Shown piece after piece: positions 51,239 through 61,290 of a stretch of DNA of 64,000 bases. The translations under genes were made by a program, and so were the position numbers. The stretch is taken from assembly GCA_964492835.1 (NCBI GenBank), contig CAZBLC010000001.1:19596-83595 (forward strand), written 5' to 3'. The stretch's first letter is position 1, and the number at the start of each line of letters is the position of its first letter. The notes under the pieces are model-generated. The model was not told where the DNA came from and searched no databases. It saw only the letters and a list, made by a program, of their open reading frames with translations. This stretch comes from an uncultured Candidatus Saccharibacteria bacterium (GTDB lineage: Bacteria; Patescibacteriota; Minisyncoccia; Phycocordibacterales; PALSA-1337).

Positions 51239-52162
51239 TTAATCATTCAATATGCACTTGTCATCAGAATCTATTTCTGACAGTGTGATCATAAAGTGAC
51301 TTGTGGTCTCTTTTGCACTAACATCTCGCATCAAATTAGCCGAATTAGTATGTATACCTATCGAAGGATTCCAGAAATCTAATTGTTTTGCTGTCTGTTC
51401 AAGTATCCACAAACATAGTGGACAATCACTTTGACTAGGGTTTTTTAGATTAAGTATTTCATCACTATTACCTGTACAAAATGACTTTGATGTTAGCTCA
51501 TCCATCACATTAGACTCATCCAGAGGCAGATAGTGCGAAAAGTCACTACTTATTACCAAAGCTACATTGTCTTGAACAATGATTGGTTTTAATATTCTAA
51601 GTATCTCCTCCCTTTGATAGCTACTTCCTCTTCCTTTCTGTGATACTACAATTGGTACCACCTCGGCATCAGGAATATAGTATTTAATGAATGGAATAAT
51701 TGTAAATATTCCATGTTCTAGAGAGAATAACTTAGATGAACCCATTATATCTTTTGAATTTAATATCTTTTCTACAACCTCGTTAGATATTAATGAATTG
51801 CCAAAATACGTTTCAAACTGCCCTTTTGATGTACAGAACATTTTAGAACAGTATTTGAAATGATCTGGTGATATTACTACAACCAGTTTAGGGTTAGATT
51901 TTGCAATAGACTTTATACCCAAAGCTATAGACTTAGATGCGACAAGGTGATGAGGCACAACCACTGCCTTTATCTCATCTTTTATCACCACATCTTTTGC
52001 TTGTACTATTCCATCTATAACAGCAAGATTAAGAGATTCATCATTTGCAATATATGATATATCTTTCTGATATATATCCCTAAACAAGATAATACAAGCG
52101 ACTATAGCAAGTATTACTGCTAGATATTTAGCTATTTGTCTCCAAGTAAATCTCTGAACCAT
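51239..52162 (-). CDS. Membrane-anchored Memo / AmmeMemoRadiSam protein B-like protein
   Basis: VVPHH, ISPDHF, EHGI, ISSDFSHY, TTSH; N-terminal TM. Confidence 0.8.
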   Translation of the reverse strand: MVQRFTWRQIAKYLAVILAIVACIILFRDIYQKDISYIANDESLNLAVIDGIVQAKDVVIKDEIKAVVVPHHLVASKSIALGIKSIAKSNPKLVVVISPDHFKYCSKMFCTSKGQFETYFGNSLISNEVVEKILNSKDIMGSSKLFSLEHGIFTIIPFIKYYIPDAEVVPIVVSQKGRGSSYQREEILRILKPIIVQDNVALVISSDFSHYLPLDESNVMDELTSKSFCTGNSDEILNLKNPSQSDCPLCLWILEQTAKQLDFWNPSIGIHTNSANLMRDVSAKETTSHFMITLSEIDSDDKCILND

Positions 52163-54669
52163 TTGTTATTAGTTGGCCATTCCTTCTTAGGCTTGTAAGT
52201 TATACTACTATCTCCTCCTTCGTCGGTATAGAAATTACTTTGCCAATCTTCATCTGTTAGTCTTTCATCAGTTATTGATTCATATTGAGAATATGTAAAC
52301 CCAACTGTTAATCTAGGACCGTTGATATCCTTAACTGCAACAAAGATTATTCTTGGAACTCCTGTTCCTTCTTCTAGAATTCCTCCATTCATATCTGTAT
52401 GTATATCAGCAACTACTGCAGTTCTCTTGTCTTTGATTGGAAGTATTGGACCTTCTACCGACTCAGGTAGTGATGATTTCATCTGTTCTACAAGATCAAC
52501 TCTAATTTCTTCCCATCGACTTATTGGATTTACAACACCACCTCTCTTAACCTCTGAATCAGGTGAGATAAATGATTCAGTACATTCTTTTGCTTGAGAT
52601 TCAGAATATCTCTTCTTTGTTATAACAGATTCGTTGAATGATGTATTCTCTAATTGAAGTTTTGTGTATTCTCTAATTTTGTTTAGGAGGTCTATATAGT
52701 TCTCAAGCTTTACTGAGTTTTTCAACTTAAGTCCTCTAGCATCATATTCAGCAAGTAGTCTTTTTGCTGTGTAGTACAAACGATCATATGCCTCAGCTTG
52801 TGGTTCAATATATCCCTTTGCTGGATTTGGAACAGGTATTAAATCACACTCATCATCTCCTCCACCACCCTTCTCTGCAAAAGATTGTTTAGCGTATAGG
52901 ATTGATGTATGACGTAATTCAGTCCAGAATCCTGAAGCGGTTAACAATGTTTTTGCATTCCATAATGGTGCCTGCATGAATTGAGGTAGACTTGATCTAT
53001 TTGTGTCTAGCCAGTTAAACAATCCAGACACAGTCCATAGTGAACTTGTATATAGATTACTCTTCCAATATTCTTCACTCCATCCGTCTGCTTCTTTCTT
53101 TAGTGCATCGTGAGTATTATCTATTGCCTGCTTGTAGTCGGAATAGAATGGTAGATCAGTAAATCTAGATTTAGCATAGTTTGATCCAAGGATTGACATT
53201 ATCTGCAATGAAGAAGCTTTATCTGATAATTTAACTCCACTCTCGTCCCCCTTAGTTAATCTACTTGTCCAATATGAATCTGGAATAAATTTTTGACTCA
53301 AGAAACGCATACCGGCTAGTGCATTTATCTCATCCTCTACTGTAACGTTGACCAGTGGATCTATGTTAACTGGCATTGCCTTTATCTTTGCTCCTGGCTT
53401 TCTCTTATTTAGATATTCAGTTAGAGCTTTTAAATCATTAGCCTTTGCATTTCCTAACTCCTTGTTTGCTGCAATATAGTCACTTACGTCTAGATCATCA
53501 CTTTCACCCACTACAAAAGAAATTAGTGATGAGAGTGATTCATAGTTTTTCTTAGACTTATCATTACTATCCAAAAGTCCTGCAATACCTACTGCGTAAC
53601 TAGTTAAATCATTACTTGCTAGCAGAAACGGTATTTGTTGATACCACTGTACTGCTCTAAAGTATTGTCTACGTATTGAGCTACTTGTATATGTTCCTCT
53701 TGGTTTAAAGAGAGTGAATGGTATTACCACTTCAACATCAGAAACTATTCTTTCGAATTCTTTCTCAAATATCTTTGGCTTTCCTCTTCCCTCTGATGCA
53801 CCATATACCTGCTTAAGATCTGCTAGTACAACGTCTAGACTTTCCTTATCTAGTTTTAGTGCTTCAACAAACTTACTAGCATTCTCATAGCTATCGATAT
53901 CCTTGTCCTTAGCAATAAATTCTTCTTGTAGGGTCTCAAGCGGAGTGCCATTTTTAGCACTCTCTGAATTCCAATAGCTATCTGCATCTATTGGCTTTGC
54001 TGAAGTTGATAGCAGAGTGTATGGTATTGCAAGATAGTTTCTAACCTTCTTCCACTTATTGATATCTGATTCTGTATTTGATTTCTTAAGGTTATTTGAT
54101 GCCTGATCATACATATCTTTTGTCATTGATTGGACACTGTCAAAAAGATACTTATTCTCTGTCTCCTTTAGTAGCTCAGCAGAGAGAGTTGAGAACAAAT
54201 ACATAGATATATCTGAAGATATAAATACGGAATTAGCCTGTGTTCTGTCTTTATAGTCATGTTTGCCAGAGATACCGCTATATAGTGATACGAATTCTCT
54301 ATTGTTGTCATAAACAGGAAGTCCGTCCTTTGCTAGGTTTGTATCTAGTATGTTTTTTACTACAAACTTATTACTCTCCAGGCTATCTATCTCTTCTTTT
54401 GAGAATTTAAAACCGTATGCCTTCTCTATATCAGGTATGTTCTTTATTTCAGATAATTTAAAAGGTTTAGAGATATCAGCATTAATCTTAATATCTTGCT
54501 TCACAAAATCTACTTTTGCTAATGGTGATTTAAAGATAACGGGGGCGCTAGAGTCTGGTGTAGTATTAGAAACATCACTAACTATAGTAGTATCTTTCTT
54601 TAAAGACATTACAATCGCCAATGCGATCAAAAGCACAACCAACATGTAAATTTTAAATTTTGTTTTCAT
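52132..54669 (-). CDS. Large membrane-anchored protein (DUF3160-like)
   Basis: FKPRGTYT, YFRAVQW, QKFIPD, WTELRHTSILYAKQ, GYIEP, VADIHT, RLTDEDW. Confidence 0.75.
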   Translation of the reverse strand: MKTKFKIYMLVVLLIALAIVMSLKKDTTIVSDVSNTTPDSSAPVIFKSPLAKVDFVKQDIKINADISKPFKLSEIKNIPDIEKAYGFKFSKEEIDSLESNKFVVKNILDTNLAKDGLPVYDNNREFVSLYSGISGKHDYKDRTQANSVFISSDISMYLFSTLSAELLKETENKYLFDSVQSMTKDMYDQASNNLKKSNTESDINKWKKVRNYLAIPYTLLSTSAKPIDADSYWNSESAKNGTPLETLQEEFIAKDKDIDSYENASKFVEALKLDKESLDVVLADLKQVYGASEGRGKPKIFEKEFERIVSDVEVVIPFTLFKPRGTYTSSSIRRQYFRAVQWYQQIPFLLASNDLTSYAVGIAGLLDSNDKSKKNYESLSSLISFVVGESDDLDVSDYIAANKELGNAKANDLKALTEYLNKRKPGAKIKAMPVNIDPLVNVTVEDEINALAGMRFLSQKFIPDSYWTSRLTKGDESGVKLSDKASSLQIMSILGSNYAKSRFTDLPFYSDYKQAIDNTHDALKKEADGWSEEYWKSNLYTSSLWTVSGLFNWLDTNRSSLPQFMQAPLWNAKTLLTASGFWTELRHTSILYAKQSFAEKGGGGDDECDLIPVPNPAKGYIEPQAEAYDRLYYTAKRLLAEYDARGLKLKNSVKLENYIDLLNKIREYTKLQLENTSFNESVITKKRYSESQAKECTESFISPDSEVKRGGVVNPISRWEEIRVDLVEQMKSSLPESVEGPILPIKDKRTAVVADIHTDMNGGILEEGTGVPRIIFVAVKDINGPRLTVGFTYSQYESITDERLTDEDWQSNFYTDEGGDSSITYKPKKEWPTNNKWFRDLLGDK

Positions 54670-54689
54670 ATATTATTAATTATTCTAAG

Positions 54690-54777
54690 CGGAAACGGAG
54701 GGATTCGAACCCTCGGAGCCTTTAAGGGGCTCACATCTTTAGCAAAGATGGTCGTTAAACCACTCCGACACGTTTCC
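54690..54777 (-). tRNA. tRNA-Ser, anticodon GCU
   Basis: GGAAACG/CGUUUCC acceptor stem, G73, CAUCU-UUGCUAA-AGAUG, long variable arm, GAGGG-UUCGAAU-CCCUC. Confidence 0.95.
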
Positions 54778-54778
54778 A

Positions 54779-55777
54779 TTAAATCAACTTCTTTAAGAAC
54801 TTATTATTACCTGTACCAATTATTTTGAGGTATTTTGACACATCACTTTTGTTCTCTATTCTCACATCATTACCATCTTTTGTTATTCTTACACAAAACC
54901 CTAGTTTTATCAAAATATCCGCAACCGACATTAGGACTAATTTACTTTTACTTGTAAATGCAATCTTGTTATATACATACACCTTTTTACCAACTCTATA
55001 TGAATGCTTGAATACACAACCATCAGTATCCACCAGCCCTCTTACACAAGCTATCGATAGCTTGCTATCCTTCTTTATCCATTCTGGTATATCGATATTA
55101 TTCTTTATTTTGTTACCTGATTTAAGACCAATACTTTTACAGTAATCGACTAGATTCCTTCTATGTATAACTAAATCTACAGCTCTAAACTTCTTATGCT
55201 TATACACAATAGAATCAATACCGAATAAATCTTTAATTATTTTCTTTACATAAGTGACATATTCTTTATCAGCAACAGAATCTAGAGTTATTCTAACTGA
55301 ATAATTACTGATACTTCCATCTCCAATTATAATTCCAACGAATTCAGCAAGCTTCTCTGATTTAACAGGTATTAATATTTCTTTTCTATCGTAGATAGGG
55401 TTAATAGCATGTATACCCTTTTCATTCCACCATTTATACCAAGCGTCCTTTCTTTTTTCTTCATTACAAATACCGCCATACTTTTTAAATCTTACAGTTC
55501 CACCCTTTTTTCCTGCTACACTTAAATGATCTATCCATTTAATTACTTTGATATCCTTAGGTACAGAAATACCACTTCTCGTAGATAGTTCCAGTAGGGC
55601 GTTATGTGAAATTTTTCTTTTCTCCTTAGCCCAGAGATATATAGTTTTGTGACTGACACCAAATAGCTTCGACATTGATGAATACGACAATTTTAGCTTA
55701 TTCTTGCAAGCTAAAATGTATTTAGACTGTTGTCCTTTCTTGAATATCACCCTGTCTAATACATACGCTTCTGACAT
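54779..55777 (-). CDS. HTH plus double-motif LAGLIDADG homing-endonuclease-like protein
   Basis: LAEFVGIIIGDGSI and CVRGLVDTDGCV; N-terminal HTH (MSKLFGVSHKTIYLW); start moved to ATG 55777. Confidence 0.85.
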   Translation of the reverse strand: MSEAYVLDRVIFKKGQQSKYILACKNKLKLSYSSMSKLFGVSHKTIYLWAKEKRKISHNALLELSTRSGISVPKDIKVIKWIDHLSVAGKKGGTVRFKKYGGICNEEKRKDAWYKWWNEKGIHAINPIYDRKEILIPVKSEKLAEFVGIIIGDGSISNYSVRITLDSVADKEYVTYVKKIIKDLFGIDSIVYKHKKFRAVDLVIHRRNLVDYCKSIGLKSGNKIKNNIDIPEWIKKDSKLSIACVRGLVDTDGCVFKHSYRVGKKVYVYNKIAFTSKSKLVLMSVADILIKLGFCVRITKDGNDVRIENKSDVSKYLKIIGTGNNKFLKKLI

Positions 55778-55802
55778 GGTTCTATTATACCATTTAAAAC
55801 AA

Positions 55803-55829
55803 AACACCTGATCAATCGACGCAGGTGTT
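55803..55829 (-). terminator. Probable terminator after the upstream hypothetical gene
   Basis: AACACCTG...CAGGTGTT inverted repeat followed by a T tract on the minus strand. Confidence 0.5.
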
Positions 55830-55836
55830 CTAGACT

Positions 55837-56286
55837 TCATTTCACAGGCATCATTACCTGTCCTATGAACTTTGGAAAAAATTTTTCATCCACAACAGAG
55901 CGGACTATTGGTATCACGAAGATGAGAATCGCCACAAGGGAGATTCCGACAAAAATGATGAATCCGAAGGGTGACAACCACAAAAGAAAAATTGTCATGG
56001 ATTTTATGTCACCATCAAAGGTAATAAACCTCAAGACAATTGCCGCCACAACAGCAAATGCGCTTCCCATTGCATATGCAGGCATAAATCGAGTCATTTC
56101 ATGAAGTGGGATTTCAGCAACCACAGCAAATATCGTTAAAAACATACCGAATAAATCAATCAGTATGCCGAGTATTACTACACAGGCTCCAATACCCATA
56201 ATTGCGGTATGGAGTAGGTTTTTGAATGCATTCATAAGAAGACCTAAAACTAACGAAATGGTACAAGTAAACATAGCTAGAGTCAA
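55837..56286 (-). CDS. Hypothetical multi-pass membrane protein (start uncertain)
   Basis: Highly hydrophobic ORF, no recognised motif. Confidence 0.5.
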   Translation of the reverse strand: MTLAMFTCTISLVLGLLMNAFKNLLHTAIMGIGACVVILGILIDLFGMFLTIFAVVAEIPLHEMTRFMPAYAMGSAFAVVAAIVLRFITFDGDIKSMTIFLLWLSPFGFIIFVGISLVAILIFVIPIVRSVVDEKFFPKFIGQVMMPVK

Positions 56287-56321
56287 TCGTATTGGAGTGT
56301 CTGGTATCGTATAATATGCGA

Positions 56322-58496
56322 ATGGATATACACTCTTTAATCACAGAACACTCTAGACTAAGTACACCTCAAAAGGATGCATTGAAGAAACTTGGTATAC
56401 ACACCATCCTCGATCTGCTATATCACTTCCCTGCACGCTACGGCGACTCTAGTCAGACACAGAATATATCTTCACTTAAGAAAGGAGATACTGCCGTTAT
56501 CTTTGGAAGAATATCTAAACTTAAGACAAGTAAGGGATACAAAAGTAAGATAGCGATGGCTGATGCATGGGTTGAAGACGAGAGTGGAAAAATACATTGT
56601 GTATGGTTCAATCAACCATACTTAGCAAAAATGACTCCAGAGGGAGTACTGGTAAGAATTGAGGGTAAGGTAAGTCAGAGAAAAACTGGAGAGATATATT
56701 TCTCAAATCCTAAGCTTGAGATTATAAACAAAATACCAATAGGTGTTGGTGATTCGCTATTCGGAAGTGATGGTGAAGCTCATACTCTCTACCCCATATA
56801 CCCTGAATCTAAAGGTATTAGTTCAAACTGGATATACCATAAGGTGATAGAGATATTAAAAAGTGATGTATTGGATAGCATTATTGATCCAATTCCAAAA
56901 GAAATACTTGAGAGATATAGTTTGCCTGGTATAAAGACAGCATTAATATGGATGCATACACCAATGAAGCTATCTGATGCACAGACTGCAAGAAAAAGAT
57001 TTGCCTTTGAAGAGATCTTCTATATCCAACTAGAGAAACAGATAGCAAGAAAGCAGTACCAACAAAACGAAGCGTATGCCATAGAGCCAAGTCAAAAGAA
57101 TATGGATGAGTTCATTAAACGATTCCCCTTTGAAGCTACAGAAGCTCAACATAAATCTATATCGACAATTGTATCCGATTTTAAAAGTGGGCATGCTATG
57201 TCTCGACTACTTGAAGGAGATGTTGGTTCTGGTAAGACAGCTGTTGCTGCTAGTACTGCATATGCTGTAGTTACCACAACCCCCAAGGGTCGTAAATTTG
57301 GTAATCTACAAGTTGCATATATGTGCCCTACCGAGATACTTGCAACACAACACTTTGAATCATTCATACAATACTTCTCATATCTAGGAATACAAGTTGG
57401 ACTCATAACTGGTAGTGGATGCAGGAAGTTTCCTTCAAAGATTAATCCTAAAGGGTGGACTGATATATCTAGAGCTCAACTTCTTAAATGGGTGGCGAAT
57501 GGTGAGATACCTATATTGATTGGTACTCATGCTCTGATACAGAAAACAGTTAAGTTTAGAGACTTGGCATATGTGATAATTGATGAACAACATAGATTTG
57601 GATTGAAGCAGAGAGCATCACTAGTTCAAAAGGATATTTTAGGTAAGATGCGTGCTCCTCACCTGCTATCAATGACAGCAACTCCAATACCTCGTACTCT
57701 TGCCCTTACAATATACGGAGATCTAGATCTAACCCTACTAGATCAAATGCCACACGGAAGAAAACCTGTAATTACTGAGATCATTACACCTGATCAGAGA
57801 GATGCAATATATGAGAAGGTGCGTAGTGAACTGCAATCTGGTAGACAAGCCTATGTTATATGTCCTCGTATTGATGAACCAGATCCAGACAAAGAGATGG
57901 CAATCAATGCTAAATCAGTTATAGAGGAATCTAAGAGACTTAAAGAAAAAGTTTTCAAGGAATATAGCATTGGCATATTACACAGCAAGATGAAGCCAGC
58001 TGAGAAAGACAAAGTTATGCTTGATTTCAAAGCGCATAAAATAGATATACTTTGTGCTACATCTGTAGTTGAAGTTGGAGTTAATGTACCTAATGCTACT
58101 GTCATCATCATAGAGGGTGCTGAGAGATTTGGTCTTGCACAACTACATCAATTAAGAGGAAGAGTTATACGATCTAACAATCAAGCATATTGTTATGTAT
58201 TTGCTGAGACTAAGAGTGAAAAGACTGTTAGTAGATTGAATGCACTTAAGACTGCAAAGAATGGATTCGAACTAGCCGAATATGACCTTAAGTTCCGTGG
58301 TGCTGGCGAACTATCTGGAGGCAAGCAATGGGGAGTGTCTGATATTGCCATGGAAGCATTACAGAATATTAAGATGGTAGAAGCTGCTAGAACTGAAGCT
58401 AAGAATATTGTGGATATTGATATTGAGATTAATAGCTATCCTCAGGTTAAAAAGGAATTAAAGGAGAGGAAGAAGAATATTACGCATTGGGAGTAG
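56322..58496 (+). CDS. recG: ATP-dependent DNA helicase RecG
   Basis: DLLYHFPARY, WFNQPYL, RLLEGDVGSGKT, IIDEQHRFG, MTATPIPRTL, AERFGLAQLHQLRGRV; start moved to ATG 56322. Confidence 0.97.
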   Translation: MDIHSLITEHSRLSTPQKDALKKLGIHTILDLLYHFPARYGDSSQTQNISSLKKGDTAVIFGRISKLKTSKGYKSKIAMADAWVEDESGKIHCVWFNQPYLAKMTPEGVLVRIEGKVSQRKTGEIYFSNPKLEIINKIPIGVGDSLFGSDGEAHTLYPIYPESKGISSNWIYHKVIEILKSDVLDSIIDPIPKEILERYSLPGIKTALIWMHTPMKLSDAQTARKRFAFEEIFYIQLEKQIARKQYQQNEAYAIEPSQKNMDEFIKRFPFEATEAQHKSISTIVSDFKSGHAMSRLLEGDVGSGKTAVAASTAYAVVTTTPKGRKFGNLQVAYMCPTEILATQHFESFIQYFSYLGIQVGLITGSGCRKFPSKINPKGWTDISRAQLLKWVANGEIPILIGTHALIQKTVKFRDLAYVIIDEQHRFGLKQRASLVQKDILGKMRAPHLLSMTATPIPRTLALTIYGDLDLTLLDQMPHGRKPVITEIITPDQRDAIYEKVRSELQSGRQAYVICPRIDEPDPDKEMAINAKSVIEESKRLKEKVFKEYSIGILHSKMKPAEKDKVMLDFKAHKIDILCATSVVEVGVNVPNATVIIIEGAERFGLAQLHQLRGRVIRSNNQAYCYVFAETKSEKTVSRLNALKTAKNGFELAEYDLKFRGAGELSGGKQWGVSDIAMEALQNIKMVEAARTEAKNIVDIDIEINSYPQVKKELKERKKNITHWE

Positions 58497-58512
58497 AGTA
58501 ATATTCTTTATT

Positions 58513-58588
58513 TGGTGCGCGCGCCAGGGGTCGAACCTGGGACCGCTCGAGTATAAGTCGAATGCTCTACCAACTGAGCTACGCGCGC
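58513..58588 (-). tRNA. tRNA with anticodon UAU (Ile by anticodon)
   Basis: GCGCGCG/CGCGCGC acceptor stem, A73, encoded CCA, D arm GCUC/GAGC, UUCGA-CUUAUAC-UCGAG, CCAGG-UUCGACC-CCUGG. Confidence 0.92.
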
Positions 58589-58621
58589 TTACCAACATAA
58601 TAGACTATTATACGTTTTTTC

Positions 58622-59281
58622 TCAACATAATGAGTCTTTAATGTATTTGATACTTGAAATGATTCTATTATATAGATTTACATCCCCAACCATGAGTGAA
58701 CATGTGCCATGACCAAATCCTGTTTTATATGTAATATCAGTTATATTTGATTTCTTAATATAGCACCTCTTAAAATTTATCTCTTTTACTCCGAGAGTGT
58801 TAGACCAGAATCTTATCTCCCTACCCTGATCCATATCTCTATATAGTTGTAATCTAACGAATATCTTTTCCTTGGGAATATCGTTTAAGAGTAGGAACTT
58901 GAAGAAAAACTTAATCATACTTGGATCAGTATTTGATATGACGACTGGTCCACCTCTTGATTTTGTACCCTCGGCCCAATATAGAAACAAACCACAAAGC
59001 TTTATCTCTCTTTCTGATAATCTATCAATATCTCCACCTACTGATTGATATATAGCCTCTAATCTTTTCTTCCTATTAGCTTCTTTTGTATTTCGACAAT
59101 GTTCAATCCTAACTTGATTGTTATCTCTCAAGGCTCTAATTCTTTCTTCGGATAGAGGAAAGTTTCTAAGCCAGAGACTTAATGTACTCTTACTTACCTT
59201 TATCTTTTCTTTTATCTGACTGTAGCTATATCCTTTTTTACGTAATGATATAGCTTTGTTTTTATCTATATTTCTTGCCAT
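58622..59281 (-). CDS. HTH plus single-motif LAGLIDADG-like protein (LYWAEG type)
   Basis: HTH LRKKGYSYSQI..VSKSTLSLWL; GLFLYWAEGTK, ISNTDP, FWS, HGTC. Confidence 0.7.
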   Translation of the reverse strand: MARNIDKNKAISLRKKGYSYSQIKEKIKVSKSTLSLWLRNFPLSEERIRALRDNNQVRIEHCRNTKEANRKKRLEAIYQSVGGDIDRLSEREIKLCGLFLYWAEGTKSRGGPVVISNTDPSMIKFFFKFLLLNDIPKEKIFVRLQLYRDMDQGREIRFWSNTLGVKEINFKRCYIKKSNITDITYKTGFGHGTCSLMVGDVNLYNRIISSIKYIKDSLC

Positions 59282-59313
59282 CCATCCAGCATATCAAACC
59301 GAGATGAAATCCG

Positions 59314-59344
59314 TATAAAATTTTGATAAAATCTGGATAAAATT
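59314..59344. promoter_or_regulatory. Three direct repeats, consensus GATAAAATT, 11-bp period
   Basis: TATAAAATT at 59314, GATAAAATC at 59325, GATAAAATT at 59336. Confidence 0.5.
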
Positions 59345-59347
59345 TAC

Positions 59348-61243
59348 CTAGTTCGAATGCTCTATATCCAACTTCTTCTTAAGTTCGATACCATGAGCTA
59401 CTATAATAGTCTCATATTCATCTCTTTCGATATTCTCCACCTCTATCAATCTCTTAGCTATAGCATCTAATGCTGGCTTATGTGTCTTTACTACATGCTC
59501 TGCTTTTTTATATGCTTCATCCATTATGCGAGCAACTTCTCCATCAACTTCACTACTTAACTTCTCTGAGAATACATTCTCTTCTACTCCTTTTCCAAAC
59601 ATAGCTCTTCCTCCAGAACTCTCAAGTGCTAGTACCCCTATCTTCTCTGACATACCATACTTTGTAACCATATCTCGAGCTAGAGCTGTAGAAACTTGTA
59701 GATCATTAGATGGTCCTGTTGTAACATCGTTAAACATCATTTTTTCTACAACATATCCCCCAAGTGATACTGCTATATCATCCAAGAATTCTTTCTTGCT
59801 CTGCATCTTCCTGTCATCAAGTGGCAAGTGAAGTGTATATCCTGCAGCTCTACCGCGTGAGATTATAGATATCTTATGTACTGGATCTGCAAATGGAAGC
59901 ACTGAAGATACTAGAGCATGTCCTGCTTCATGATATGCAGTTATCTCCTTCTCTTTCTTTGATAGGATATGACTCTTTCTCTCTGGTCCAAGCATTACTT
60001 TCTCAATTGCTCTGATTAGATCATACTGTGCCACCTTTGATCTGTTCTCTCTTGCTGCAAGTATAGCCCCTTCATTCATTAGAGAATATAGGTCTGCGCC
60101 AGAAAATCCTGGAGTTCTTTCAGCAATAACTTTAAGAGCTACATCTTCAGCAAATGGTTTCTTAGCTGAATGTATTTTTAATATCTCCTCTCTGTCATTT
60201 CTGTCAGGTAAATCAATTGTAACTCTCCTATCAAATCTTCCTGGTCTAAGTAGGGCTGGATCAAGTACATCTGGTCTGTTAGTTGCAGCCATTACAATCA
60301 CCTTTTCATTAGGCTCAAATCCATCCATCTCAACTAGTATCTGGTTTAGTGTCTGTTCTCTCTCATCATTACCTCCTCCAGTTCCTGTACCACGTGCGCG
60401 TCCTACAGCATCGATTTCATCTACGAATATAATTGCTGGTGCTGCTTGCTTTGCCATCTTGAACAAATCACGAACACGACTAGCTCCAACTCCGACAAAC
60501 ATTTCAACGAACTCTGATCCTGATATTGAGAAGAATGCTACTCCAGCTTCTCCTGCAACAGCACGAGCTAGAAGTGTCTTACCTGTTCCTGGTGCACCCA
60601 TAAGTAGTATTCCTTTTGGTATTACTGCTCCGATTTCCAAAAACTTTTTAGGATTCTTTAGAAAATCTACAATCTCTGCAAGTTCTTGCTTTGCTTCTTT
60701 TGCTCCAGCAACATCCTTGAAAGTAACTTTCTGTTTAGTGTCATCTGGAAGAATGATACGAGCCTTAGATTGACCGAATGAGAATGCTTGCATTCCTGAA
60801 CCCTTAACTTGTCTTGTAAAGAACCATACGATGAGTATTAGGAAAAGTATTGGTACTATAAATGGAGCGAGTTGGATAATCCAATATGCAAATCCACCAG
60901 GTCCTTCTATATCAATCTTCAATGCATTGAGCTTCTCTGCTGTTATACCATATCTTGCAAATGTCTCAGTAACTGCAGAGTCTGTCTCCTTCTTTGCTGT
61001 CTTTGTAGTTTTGTCAGTATATAGAGCAATTACATCATCTCCTCTTACAGTTATCTCACTTACCTTTGAAGCATTAATATCCTTAACTAATTCTGATATG
61101 GCGATACTTGTAGATTTACCACCCTGTTCAGCGATATATGCAAAGGTATTTGTGATTATAAACAAGACCAATATAGCTAGAGCTATTGAATTTACTAACC
61201 CAAAACGACTAGGTTTCTTTTGATTTTCAGTTTTTTTAGACAT
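59348..61243 (-). CDS. ftsH: ATP-dependent zinc metalloprotease FtsH
   Basis: Two TM helices, [36 protein letters not shown]. Confidence 0.98.
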   Translation of the reverse strand: MSKKTENQKKPSRFGLVNSIALAILVLFIITNTFAYIAEQGGKSTSIAISELVKDINASKVSEITVRGDDVIALYTDKTTKTAKKETDSAVTETFARYGITAEKLNALKIDIEGPGGFAYWIIQLAPFIVPILFLILIVWFFTRQVKGSGMQAFSFGQSKARIILPDDTKQKVTFKDVAGAKEAKQELAEIVDFLKNPKKFLEIGAVIPKGILLMGAPGTGKTLLARAVAGEAGVAFFSISGSEFVEMFVGVGASRVRDLFKMAKQAAPAIIFVDEIDAVGRARGTGTGGGNDEREQTLNQILVEMDGFEPNEKVIVMAATNRPDVLDPALLRPGRFDRRVTIDLPDRNDREEILKIHSAKKPFAEDVALKVIAERTPGFSGADLYSLMNEGAILAARENRSKVAQYDLIRAIEKVMLGPERKSHILSKKEKEITAYHEAGHALVSSVLPFADPVHKISIISRGRAAGYTLHLPLDDRKMQSKKEFLDDIAVSLGGYVVEKMMFNDVTTGPSNDLQVSTALARDMVTKYGMSEKIGVLALESSGGRAMFGKGVEENVFSEKLSSEVDGEVARIMDEAYKKAEHVVKTHKPALDAIAKRLIEVENIERDEYETIIVAHGIELKKKLDIEHSN

Positions 61244-61290
61244 GTGTTGATTATACTTAAAATGTAGAAAAATGCTATGATAATTCTGTT

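Noticed and set aside
54690-55840. Group I intron or intein hosting the LAGLIDADG ORF
   Set aside because: The tRNA is uninterrupted, no upstream exon or room for a ribozyme core is visible, and there are no intein terminal motifs; a covariance search was not run
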